DNA of 64,000 nucleotides from Phoronis australis (lineage: Eukaryota > Animalia > Phoronida). This document shows positions 12,664 to 24,619 of this stretch, one piece after another. The position numbers and the translations under genes were made by a program. Position 1 is the stretch's first letter, and every line of letters begins with the position of its first letter. The DNA lies in contig NMRA01000292.1 of the NCBI GenBank assembly GCA_002633005.1, forward strand, positions 406,815-470,814. The letters run 5' to 3'. Under the pieces are notes generated by a model, which did no database searches, was not told where the DNA came from, and saw nothing but the letters and a program-made list of their open reading frames with translations.

Positions 12664-14100
12664 AGGAGAAGCAACCTTTTTCACATCTTTTTAGTAAAAA
12701 TACGGTTCATTGATTATCCCAAAATATGTTTCAGTTAACTACTGCTTCCCGTAATTTTATTAATTAGTCGTATCCTACTCCGGACGTGATGTTTAAGGGG
12801 TTAAAAATTTCCTGCCATTTTGTTTCTGCGTTCGAGTTCACTGTGAGGATCTTTTCTACAGTTGCTTTCGTCCTGGTTTCCTAACTTTGTCGTCCCCACT
12901 TCCCATCTACGAGTATTCTACGACAAGCTAGGTTGTTAGAGATCTCAATTACGTTGGATTTAGGGATTGTTTAGTTTGTAGTAGCCTAATAATGGCTAGA
13001 GTCAGCGACCCATATCACAGGCACAGTGACGTAGTGACGAGGAAGTTTTTTCGCGAACAGTCAGTGGGTGGATATATGTTTGAGCCCAAGTTTAGTGAGG
13101 CAGAATACGCACAGACAGCTGTTGAGGGGTATGAGGCAGAGGCCGAGGACAGACGTGGTGGGACGTCTTGGTCCAAATGCACGGTGCGCACTGTTATGCC
13201 AACCTCAATGGAATGCCAATGCTCTTCCCACTGGATCGTGACTTGAGCCTCCAAACCGCTTACATCCCGTCGTGTGACTCCCTCGCCACACATCTGGCAC
13301 CTTCTAAATAGCTCCAATAATGTAGTCATATGCAAAATAAACTTATCAAAGTTTGGCTCACCAGCCTTTTCACTGGACGACGAACTGTCCTCCTCACTGG
13401 GTGTCGAACTGGGCCTGAATTCACTCCCGCTACTCGACGTACCTGCAGGGATGCTTACAGGCTCCGGGATTCAGACAACACCACCACGGGGCGAATCACT
13501 GCTAGTTCCCGGCATTGCATGCTCTGTGGTATGTTTGGAGGTACAGTTGACATTATATAAAGGGGCCCCCATCAATGTAGAGGCCACAACTTGGTTCGAA
13601 AATGCACTCCTCGGGTGTGGCGACGGGGCACTGCCGGATATCAACAATGTTGTTTTGCACGAACCTTCATCGATCCAGCGTACACATTTCTTTTGTAATC
13701 CTGCGGCAAAAAATGCTTGTCACACACTCGTTAATTTTCCGTTGCGTGGACTGTGTTCTTCACATGAACGATCTAAGTACGGCAAATAGCGATGTAATGT
13801 CATGTGTAAGTGTGCGTGATACAATAATGAGTAGATCCTGGTATGCAGCAACCGTGCGGACTGACTCGTAATCAAACGCAAACGACGAGTGGATTTATCA
13901 CAAACGAGGTAAAACAATGACTGACTCTACAGCTCGCATAGCCAGAACATATGAAGACAATACGGCAGGAAAATCTTAGCCTCCTAAACATCACTTACGG
14001 AGTAAGGCACGACTAATTAATAATGTTAACTGAAAATGCGTCTGGGATAATCCACAAACCGTATTTTTACTAACATGACATGAAAAAGGTTGCCTTTTTC
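12664..14100. mobile_element. Internally deleted Kolobok transposon with convergent KolX (+) and THAP-transposase (-) remnants
   Basis: TTAA TSDs at 12660-12663 and 14101-14104; long imperfect TIRs (GCAACCTTTTTCA...). Plus ORF 12992.. has YMFEP..RRGGTSWSKC..MPTSMECQC. The minus strand has a decayed THAP (~13850-13600) and KFILHMTTLLELFRRCQMCG (~13350-13225). Confidence 0.82.
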
Positions 14101-14526
14101 TTAAACAATGACTGAACGGACATGCACGACACTTAACTGTAGTCATCACGCATGTTTTCACGAAATGTCACCAAGCATTACAAGCAAAGCCATAACGCAC
14201 TCACTGCGATCTTTGGTCTGTTGTCTCACTTACGCCACCCAGTGGATTTCGAGGTCTCCATTTACGTAGAGTTCAGAGAAACTGGAACCCACTTGACAGA
14301 CATCAAAGATATATCGCCGTGTAATTTCAAAACGGACTGCACAAACGCGTAAAAGAACCACAGCCACGGTCAAACGTGCAAGTCGAGCGATCGACTGTCG
14401 AGCCTGGCAATCCGCCAGCGATCACGAAAAGAAGTGTATCACGTCATATTTTCGTTCAACGCAGGTTTGCTGGTCTCGTGCATTAAATTCGGCGGGCATG
14501 AGGAAATGAAGTTCGTGAATACTTAC

Positions 14527-14685
14527 AGTTTTCGTTCTTGATGCACATTATGTTCATGTCTCTCAAATGTTGTTCAGGGCAATGGTACCACCCTGTTCCC
14601 CACCCATAGTGTGGACAGTCGAAGACGCTATTTTCAGAACCCAAGCAATGTGCCTTGTGAAGCCATATAGGCTGGCTACTGTTAC
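14527..14685 (-). CDS. SRCR gene exon 5 (second half of SRCR2)
   Basis: NSSQPIWLHKAHCLGSENSVFDCPHYGWG..HCPEQHLRDMNIMC; acceptor tttcag, donor gtaag; phase 1->1. Confidence 0.92.
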
Positions 14686-14864
14686 CTGAAACAGTGAAAA
14701 GTATCAAAGCCATTACAGGACGTGGCAAAAACACCCAGGACATGAATATCAGTTTCCTTAAAACCATTTAGTTTGAGGCGACTGGCTTTGTCGACTGGGA
14801 GAATGAGTTCTTCATTGGTCTCTAGAGGCATTTGGATAAGAAAAAAATCACTTACTAAGAGACG

Positions 14865-16165
14865 ATTCAGTTAGATGAAGAAGTTTTGGCCTGGTCCGTC
14901 AGGCCTTTTTCGATGAATGAGGGGTTTCCTGCCTTTCGCATAGTGAGTATGTTGGAATACAGGAGAGGTAAATGTAAGTCGCGATCCCAGTTCAAAAAGG
15001 GGCGCTCCATGCTGGTGTTAATGGATTCTTGTAACTTGCGAGCATACCAGTTATGTTCTTTGGTTAAGATCTTAGATGATTCAAGGGTTGTTGGGATCCT
15101 GGTCACACGTCAGCTGGTAAATGTTTTTCCATCGGGGTTTGGTCTTTGGGTCGGACTAATAATGATCGAAGGGTGTTGATGAATTTCATGTATGAAGAAA
15201 TTTTGTGGGTTCTGCAAGTGTGTTGTAGGCACTCAGGCACTCCTTTTTATGTACGGGATAGCGACAGAGGGGCCATCTAGTTTTTCAGGAGGTTTACGCC
15301 TGGGGGGTTTGTGAACATCGAGTCCTTGTATCCATTAGCGCGCAAAGCATTTTCAACATGTTCAGCTTCGTCATAATCTTGGAAGCCAGTGATGTAACGT
15401 TCAGCTCTATCCAGGAGGGCACGTGTACCAGAATGTTAGTATTGGATGAGAACTGAAGGCATTGGTTCATGTGCGTCGGTTTCCTGTAGATCGTGACTTT
15501 GAGGGAAACATCATCAACGACGTGTACACACAGATCCAAGAAAGGTAAGGTTCTGTTGCATTCCGGCTCCATGGTGAATTGAATACAGTTGTCAATGTTG
15601 TTAATGTAATCAGTAAAAGAGGAGATGTCATTCTCTGGGACCATAGCAAAAGTGTCGACCACATACCTAAGCCAGATGGATGGGACTCTGGGTGCAGAGG
15701 CCAAAGCAGTCTGTTCAATCTCCTCCATGTATATGTCGGCTACGATAGGAAACACAGGAGATCCCATGGTAGCTCTGTGGCATTGCTGGTAGAATTTGTT
15801 GCTGCATATGAAATATGTAGTATTAAGGCAAAAACTCGATAGCTGGTAAATTTGCTCAACAGACAATTCAGTGCGTAGACTGATAGTGGGGTCATTGGAT
15901 GGTCTCTTGCGTACAATGGCGAGGGCCTTATGCACGGGGATACTAGTGAAGAGAGCATTGACATCATTTGAAATTAATTTGTATCCTACAGGAACAACCA
16001 GGTTCTCGACTCTGTCAACAAATTCGGAGCTGTTACGTACACTGTATATAGTGCTACCGTGGAGAGGCTTGAGGACACTAGGTAAATACTTCGTAGCGTT
16101 GTAAACAATGCTGTCACAGCAGGAGACAATCGGTCTCAGAGGTACGTTGTCTTTTAACATGTTGT
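14865..16165 (-). mobile_element. Penelope-like retroelement relic (RT + decayed C-terminus)
   Basis: ORF 15294..16211: PLRPIVS, DVNALFTSIP, ATMGSPVFPIVADIYMEEIE, WLRYVVDTF, LPFLDL. ORF 14867..15106 has the PLE C-terminal motif RKLQESI..FLNWDRDLHLP..Y. Boundaries approximate. Confidence 0.85.
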
Positions 16166-16447
16166 CGGTGCCTATTTCCTGTCTGGGTGTCTGTGATTGA
16201 AAATTTCCCATTCGTAAAGTAAAGGAATTCTATGGCAAGGATGTCCACCTGATACTTGCGTTTGAATATATCAAACATCTTTTTGTTTAATACAATACGA
16301 TTAAATAAACTTCCGATATACTTTCGTGTTCTCATAGCATGCCTCGTTTTGAAATTAAACCCATCAGGCTGTTGATTAAACCATGTACGTGTATGACACC
16401 AATTTTACTTCCTATAAGCCAACATAGCGTGTATTACCTTAGATCTC

Positions 16448-16698
16448 GGTCCCGTTCCAAGACAACTGACTTAGCTAAGACAAATCTTAAATTTACGTCA
16501 ATTTTAAAGTAAATAAACTTCAGAATGTTTTAATTCCGTTTCAAGAAATTGATATTAAGTATGATTTAGGTTTTTGACATAAGTTGTGTCTAAAGTTTGA
16601 CTAACTTACCGGATGTGGAAACTTTAACATTTGGAAGTTAAGATAGATCTTAGACTCGAGTCAAAAATGAACTTAAGCCACTTTCTTGGAGCGGGCCC
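16448..16698. mobile_element. ~230-250-bp MITE family B (Harbinger-like)
   Basis: TIR GG(T)CCCGTTCCAAGA / TCTTGGAGCGGGCCC; inverted homologue at 51700-51921. Confidence 0.7.
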
Positions 16699-16900
16699 CT
16701 GGTCAGATATCTGTCCATGTCACCAGATGTGGTATTTTTAGACGTAAAAGGCATGGCATTATTCTGTACTACGTGGCATTACAAACAAAACCAAGTGTAA
16801 TGTGTTTTGCAACTACAATAACGTGCGATAGCAGTCAGACGTTTATTCGCTTGGTAGTCGCCATGTTTCTTTTTTAACTCCACAGCTAACCACTAGGTGG

Positions 16901-17797
16901 TGTCAGATGATTGACTGTGGGTTTGTTTAAAAGGTAGCTATGCTTTGAGATTGTGCGTAGATGGAAAGTGAATGATCAAATCCAGTAATTAATTTATTAT
17001 ATGATAACCCCTAATTAGACAAGTGAAACATATTGTTAATTAAGTAATCAACTACAAAGAGTAACTACGCTAGCGCCCTCTTTAAAGATTACTTTAATCA
17101 AACAACCAAAACGATCAAATGTCTTATCTGCTATCCAAGCTAGGACTCTCCACTTGTTGGATGTATGTCCTGTTGGTGAATCTTCGAACTACACACACTG
17201 TATAGCGACAGTGTACTTGCTGGTCACCGTCTCTGGTGATGCAACACTTGCAGGCAATTTCTTCTACCCGCGATTCTTCTTGCTGGTCACAGTCTCTGGC
17301 TGATGACGCAACACTTCAGGTAGTATCTTACTACCCACAATGCAAGTGACAAGCTCTTAGTTAACTTCCTGTTCGTTAACCCTTGCCCTTGCCAAGATCC
17401 TTTCTAGAATCTTCCACGAGATGGCTCTGTCGTACAACTGCTTCTGTACACTGTAGCAAGTCTTTATGCTTCAACTACTTTAGCGCATCTGATTATCTTG
17501 CTGATTTCAGCCCATAATATAACATTCTACTTATTTAGTGATTGGCTAATAAAAACCACATGATCATATCCACTCGTATTATTGGCTGTTACAATTTGTT
17601 CTCAGAATATTCTAGAATCTCTAGAGTACTTTGACCCCAGAACCCAAAGTTGTAAACACCATCTAAAAATAGATTTTGACGTTAAAATACATGTCAACAA
17701 GTCTGACCCCATGATTTAAAAGTACATATGCACAAATTTTGGGCAACTTAAAATGGATCTGTTCTTACTAATTACTTAATCAATATTTATTCTGACA
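16901..17797 (-). repeat. 3' LTR of Gmr1-like element (897 bp)
   Basis: Near-identical direct repeat of 22443-23186, plus an extra 153 bp (17559-17711). Confidence 0.95.
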
Positions 17798-17904
17798 AAT
17801 AAGCCCTTCCTCAAGAAAATACATGTACTTCTTAAGATTTTCTAAACATGGGAGACTTAAATATTGATTAACACTTAGATCTATTACCCAATTTCCATGA
17901 ATCT

Positions 17905-20900
17905 TCAATACTCTAACCTACTCAGGTAATCGGCACCAACATTTTCTGAGCTTCAACCTTAAATCAATAATTTTGCAAAAACAAGGCCCACCTCATGATG
18001 CGTCCATTAACTAACTTACTTTTTTGAATGTAAGCCAGGGGTTGATGGTCAGTATGAATGATATATTCTTTACCATGCAAGTACTTCGCAAATTTTCTGA
18101 TGGCAAATACAATAGTCAAACATTCCCTCTCTGTGACAGAGTAATTCCGTTTCCGAGGTAACAACTTCTTACTAGCACATGCTACTGGGAACCTGCCATC
18201 ATCATACTCCTGCAACAAAATACAGCCTATACCAGCATCTGACGCATCAGTCTGAACAACAAAAGGTTTACTGAAATCAGGTAATCTCAGTATGGGTGCT
18301 CTCGTCAGCAGGTCTCGAAGAGTGTCGAATGCATGCTGCTGAGCTTCTTCCCATTGCACGGTGTTAGGCTGTTTCTTCTTTGTGAGCTCAGTAAGCAGGA
18401 TGGCGATTTCAGCAAAGTTTGGGATGAATTTCCTGTAGTATCCAGCCAACCCAAGAAAAGAGCGAACTTGTTTCTTCGTTCTGGGTCGTGGTGCATCACG
18501 GATGCGTCCTAACTTTTCTTCATCCATAGCCAGGTGCCCTTCACCGACCATATGTCCAACGAAATCGACGGAACGAGATCCAACCGAACACTTGGTGGGT
18601 CGAATCGTTAGTCCAGCTTCTCGCACACGTTGGAAGGTGTCTCGCAAGGTGGCAAAGTGTTCAGTCCAGGTGTTATTATGGCACAGAATGTCATCCACAT
18701 ACATGTAATGTTCTGTATTATGTGCTCCTGCCAACATCTTCCTCATCATGCGGTTGAATGTCGCTGCTGAATTTACCAGACCAAATGGCATCTTTACGAA
18801 CTTGTAGCAACCACTTGGTACTACAAAAGAGGTCTTAGGATGTGATTCTTCGGCGACAATGACTTGCCAGTATCCTTTACTTAGATCAATCTTCGTAAAA
18901 TACTGGTCTTTACTGATCTTAGCCATGATGTCATCAGGATTGCCCATCGGTTCCGAGTCAAACTTGGTGATGGCGTTCAAACGACGAAAATCAATGCAGA
19001 ATCGATTTGAACCGTCCTTCTTCTTCACTAAGACCACCGGAGAGTTGTAGGGTGCATCGGATGGTTCTATGATTCCATACTTTAACATGTTGTCAACTTC
19101 CTCCTGCACAACCGACCGTGTGGCATATGGCAGGGGATACGGCTCGACTCTCACCGGCTCTTCACTGATGGTCTCAATCTTGTGCTCAACCAGATGGGTC
19201 GTACCTGATTCTTCACTAAAGATGTCAGAGTTCTCTTCTAGCAGACTTATCACCTCCCTTTCTTGGCTAGTAGTGAGCTCGTCTGATATCTTGACATCTT
19301 TGTACGTTTCTTTTTGGTTTGTCGATCCCAGCTCTAGTAAATGTTCATCATCGACAATACCAACTTCATAGTCCATTTCAGGCTGCAGTACACCTATGGC
19401 TGCGATGTCAGAATTCTGATCTGCATCATCATTACTTGCACCCCCACTTTGGTCACGAGACATGTAGAGTTTCAACAGGTTGGCATGGTATGTCTTGGTC
19501 TTTCCACCAACCCTTACTCGGTAGTCCATTTTGTTGAGTACCTCGGTCACTTCATAGGGACCCTTCCACTGCAGTAGCAGCTTGTTACTGTCGGTTGGTA
19601 ACAATATTAAGACTTGGTCTCCCACTTTGAAGCGACGATCTCGCGTCTTTTTGTCATAATGGTGCTTGTACGCTTCACTAGCATTCCGTAAGTTTTCCCG
19701 CACCAGTTCACATGTCCCTTCCAGACGATGTCGCAAGTCAAGGACATACTCATAAGTATTCCGTACGTCTGGTGTTTCATTGCCTGTCCACAACTCTTTA
19801 AGCACCTGCATGGGCCCTTGCACGGTTCTACCATACAACAGTTCAAATGGCGAGAAACCTGTGCCCACTTGTGGTACCTCTCGGTAGGCGAACTGCTGGT
19901 AAGTACCGGTCCCAGTCTTGTGGACGCTCTTGGCACATTTTTAGCATACTCTTTAGTACACCGTTAATACGCTCACACAATCCATTGCATTTCGGATTGT
20001 ACGGAGTGGTGAACAGTTGTTTCATGGATATCAACCGTGCAACTTCTTTCAGTACTTCTGACGTAAACTGTGTCCCACAGTCACTAAGCACCTCTCGTGG
20101 AAAGACAATTCTACAGAAGGTTTCAAACAATGCTTCTGCGACTCGCTCAGCTTCTATTCTGGGTAGAGGGACTGCCTCTGGGTATCTTGTGGCATATTCT
20201 ACGATGGTGAGAATGTACCGGTTGCCTCTGTCTGTGATCGGCGACACAGGATCAATCAAATCAACAGCGATACGCTGGAACGGTTCTTCCATAAGTGGCA
20301 TCTCGCCCAATGGCACTTTAGAGATCCTGCCCTTAGGAGTTGTTCGCTGGCAGATGTCACATGATCTGCAGAAACGATTTATGTCACTGCCAACTCCTGG
20401 CCAATAAAAGCTACTGGCTATTCTATCACTGGTCTTCTTCACACCAAGGTGCCCACCAACGATTGACTCGTGAGCTAGCGTCATAACCTGTTGTCGATAT
20501 TTGACAGGGACAACTATCTGACGCAATTCTTTGGTGTTATCAGCATACACTCGGTTCAGGAACCCCTTTTGCTTCTCATAACAGTATTGACCTCTACCAC
20601 GTGGTCTTGCTGGTTTGTCTTTCTCAACAAGTTCCATGAGCTTACGTAGGGAAGGATCATGTTATTGCTCGTCCTTCAATTTGCTGACGTCGAGACTTTC
20701 CACTCCGGATAGAGTCACCGCCAAAGGCTTAATAGGTTTCTCTCTCTTCTTAGCCTGTTCTCTAGTAGTGACTGCGGACATGACGCTGCCTTGTGGCTGC
20801 CAATTGGGATCAGGATCCTTGCTGACGCCAACAGCATTCCCTATGATGAGGTCGTATATCGATGTTCGCATACACATCGCCTCGATTTCTCCAACGAAGT

Positions 20901-21219
20901 ATGGAGTGTCTACCTCAATCTTCGTTATAGGGAAGGATCGTGCTGTCCCATCTATTAACACACAGATGTGTTGTTTCCCCGTCAGTTGACTTTCTTTGAC
21001 TAGGGACGTCTTCACCGCTGCACTACTGCATCCGGTGTCACACATCATGCGTACTTTTGTTTCATTGACGTAACCGTCACAAACGGGCATGTTGTAGTCA
21101 GCAGGAGGCTCTCTGCGCTTGTCACAGGCCCCTCTCTCTACGGGTATTGATGTTCCTTCGACTAATTTCAGACAGCCATCAACTATGAGTTGTTCTATTG
21201 GACTACCCTTTGCTACCAC
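17905..21219 (-). pseudogene. pol of Gmr1-like element: protease - integrase - RT - RNase H (stops/frameshifts)
   Basis: PR MMCDTGCSS (20662..21219). IN HHCC + IAVDL / VLSDCGTQF / NGLCER (19843..20637). RT YNSPVVLVKKKDGS, KIDLSKGYWQ, MPFGL, YVDD and RNase H TDASDAGIG, TDHQPL (17964..19868). Ends GADYLSRLEY* after a frameshift. Confidence 0.93.
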
Positions 21220-22313
21220 ATTACCGACTTCTTGGTGTCTTCTGTCTTGGCCCGTTCCTGATGCGAGGCAGACGACTGCTTACCTGCAACAAATCTTTTG
21301 GACTGGAAGCCTTTCATTCCACAGTCCCTTGCTAGATGACCTTTCCGATGACAATTAAAACACTCTTTGTCACCCTTGTTTCTGGTCATTGACGAACGAG
21401 GAGTCTCTGTCCTTCGTTCTTCTGTGTTGCTTGGCGGAGCCTGTCTTCTGGCTACCTGTCCCAAGTCTTTCTTTGCGAACCCTTTGCCCAACAATTCAGT
21501 ACAGTGGGCGTCCATGTACTGTTGAGCAATGGCCGACATCGAAGGTCTTCGGTTTCCGTTCCCTCAGGAATACGGACATCTCAGGATGGCATACTCCCAG
21601 AAACTGTTCTCGGATCAGTAAGTCTCTGAGTCCATCATAAGTCGCCTCGACCTCCGCCAGTTGTGTTCATCGGTCAAAGAACCTTTTCAGTCTTGCCCCG
21701 AATTGGAACACGTTTTCACCCTTTTCAGGGTTGGACTCTCTAAACTTTCGTCGGAACCCATCTTCGGTCAATTCATACCTGTGCAGCAGCGCCACCTTAA
21801 GTTGGTCATAGTTGTTAATTTGGTCAGACGGCATGTTGTTGAACACCTGTAAGTCTTTACCTGTCAACAATGGACTCAAGTCCACAGCCCACTCCTATTT
21901 ATCCCATTTCTGGCTTGTGGCGAATGTCTCAAATCGGGCTAGGAAGGCATCCATGTCGTCGACGCGCTCGTCGAACCTTGGCAGTTTGGGACGACTGGTA
22001 CGTACAACACTGCTTGAATCACCACCACTAGGTGTCGCTTTGAGCTCAATTTGGAGTTGCACTGTCTTCTGCTTCTCAATTTCAATAGCTTGGGCCCGCT
22101 CTGCTTGTTTACGTGCAAGCTTTGCCTTTTCCAGTTCTTGTTTATGGGCACGCTCTGCCTGTTTTGTGCAAGCTCTACCTTTTCCAGTTCCCGTTTATGG
22201 GCGAGCTCTTCACGCTCCAAGGCCTGCCGCAAGAGCTCCTCTGCGCAATTCCTTGACTCTTCACCGGTATAACCGAATTGTTTCGCTTGCGTAATATACT
22301 TTTCAAAATCCAT
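21213..22313 (-). pseudogene. gag of Gmr1-like element (coiled coil, SCAN-like capsid C-terminus, CCHC knuckle)
   Basis: Fragments 21939..22313, 21667..21885 (YDQLKVALLHRYELTEDGFRRKFR) and 21213..21539 (CFNCHRKGHLARDC), broken by stops and frameshifts. Confidence 0.85.
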
Positions 22314-22442
22314 TTTAGAGGAAGGGTATTATTCCCAGAATGCACTTTATTAATTAATATTCAGTCGGTAATTACTGAATTCAAAACAATTCAACACAAC
22401 CACGTAAACCTTTATTTAAACTCTCCCGGACTGGCCCCCAAT

Positions 22443-23186
22443 TGTCAGATGATTGACTGTGGGTTTGTTTAAAAGATAGCTATGCTTTGAGATTGTGCGT
22501 AGATGGAAAGTGAATGATCAAATCCAGTAATTAATTTATTATATGATAACCCCTAATTAGACAAGTGAAACCTATTGTTAATTAAGTAATCAACTACAAA
22601 GAGTAACTACGCTAGCGCCCTCTTTAAAGATTACTTTAATCAAACAACCAAAACGATCAAATGTCTTATCTGCTATCCAAGCTAGGACTCTCCACTTGTT
22701 GGATGTCTGTCCTGTTGGTGAATCTTCGAACTACACACACTGTATAGCGACAGTTTACTTGCTGGTCACCGTCTCTGGTGATGCAACACTTGCAGGCAAT
22801 TTCTTCTACCCGCGACTCTTCTTGCTGGTCACAGTCTCTGGCTGATGACGCAACACTTCAGGTAGTATCTTACCACCCACAATGCAAGTGACAAGCTCTT
22901 AGTTAACTTCCTGTTCGTTAACCCTTGCTCTTGCCAAGATCCCTTCTAGAATCTTCCACGAGATGGCTCTGTCGTACAATTGCTTCTGAACACTGTAGCA
23001 AGTCTTTACGCTTCAACTACTATAGCTCATCTAATTATCTTGTTGATTTCAGCCCATAATATAACATTCTACTTATTTAGTGATTGGCTAATAAAAACCA
23101 GGATTTAAAAGTACATATGCACAAAATTTGGGCAACTTAAAATGGATCTACTCTTACTAATTACTTAATCAATATTTATTCTGACA
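22443..23186 (-). repeat. 5' LTR of Gmr1-like element (744 bp)
   Basis: Direct repeat of 16901-17797, adjacent to the PBS. Confidence 0.95.
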
Positions 23187-23540
23187 GGTGGTCTAAACAA
23201 ATGTCATAATATAACATCTTCCCTCTCAAAGTTAAGCACAAGTGTACTAACCCAGTCGGTGGGGTCACTCACGGGCTCAATGACACCCAACTATACCATC
23301 TTTTCTAACTCAGCCTTCAGCTGGTGCTCTAGAGCAACCGGTGAAATGTCTGGGGTTACATCTGATTCCGACGGTCAGATGAACTTCACCGGGCAGAGTA
23401 CCAAGACCATAATCAAACACTATAAGGAAACTCTCAACGATAGTGTCAGGAGTGTGGACACTGTTAACCACTGTAATGTTATCTTTGTTAAATGCCAGTA
23501 GGTTCATCGTCTCGCTGCTGGGGCGTCCAAGGAAACAGGT

Positions 23541-24542
23541 TTAACCATTGTGGACAACAGCGAAGGACAAATTGTACTGCCTGTTATTCGCCGGATTTCT
23601 TACCAATGTGCGGGACTCACCCAATGGTTTTCTCTCCTTCCCGTCCCACATCTTGAGAATTTTCTTGTATGACTGAAGTGGTGTATCACGGACATATTTG
23701 ACCTCTATAATGTTCACTGAACGTCCTGTGTCTAGGAGGAAAACCACCGGTAGGCTGTCAACGTCCATTCGCACATACGCGTGTGCTGAAACTTTGTTGA
23801 TTTCAGTGACGTCGCTGACTTCATACTGAGATTCAATAATATTTGTACAAGTTCTTTAAATAATATCTTGAAATGGTCCCTGCCACCACAGTTCTCACAC
23901 AACTGGCCATATGCTGGACATTTCCTCTTGTCAAACTCATGCTCGTCACCGCAAAATTTGCATTTGGCAATCTTCGGCTGGTTTCTTGCACGATGTTTCT
24001 GGTTGGTATATGTAGGTGGCTGTGGGAAGTCGTTTAGAATGCGACTTATATTTATGAAGGTTAAATCAGCAGTCAGCAAAAGCTTTCTTCGCACTGCATC
24101 ACTACGATTACCAAGGACCACACGGTCACGTATGAGTCTGTCCGCCAGGCTGTCATAATTGCATGTCTTGGCCAGCCGACGCAACTCAGCGATATGTGTC
24201 TCAACAGGTTCATTTTTCGACTCACTATGCTTTTCAAACTGATAGCGTTCACTCGGTTTCCCCACATAGCATCTGGCTAGTTCATCTAGCAACGTTTCAT
24301 TGAAATCTTTATTCAATGAGAGGGAGGCAGTTTAGTAAGTCAAGTGAATCATAACCTTGGCATGTACGCAAAGTAGCTGTACGTTTATTTTTCTGGCTGC
24401 TTATCTAGACGGGATGCAACTTCATAGTTTTCTGTAGAAGTGTTCACAGACATATGCCCATTTGTCGAGAGGGGCGGCGGCACAGGTACGTTTACAAACA
24501 CAGAGGGTTCCCGTTATCGCTAACACTGTCACTAGTGGCCAT
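23541..24542 (-). pseudogene. gag/protease remnants of Mag-like element
   Basis: ERYQF..ELRRLAKTCNY..LIRDRVVLG, twin knuckle CKFCGDEH...CPAYGQLCENCGGRDHF, and protease FLLDTGRSVNII. RT/RH/IN are deleted. Confidence 0.8.
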
Positions 24543-24619
24543 GGTACTATTTGTAAGCGATATTTTACCAATGGTCCGTCGCTGCCACCATGTAATATGT
24601 TTAGCAACAACAATAACTA

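Larger units (their letters stand above)
16901..23186 (-). mobile_element. Gmr1-like Gypsy LTR retrotransposon (gag-PR-IN-RT-RH), full length but disrupted
   Basis: TG..CA LTRs at 16901-17797 and 22443-23186. TSD GGTGG at 16896-16900 and 23187-23191. PBS TGGGGGCCAGTCCGGG (tRNA-Pro-like) at 22425-22440; PPT at ~17803-17817. Confidence 0.95.
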
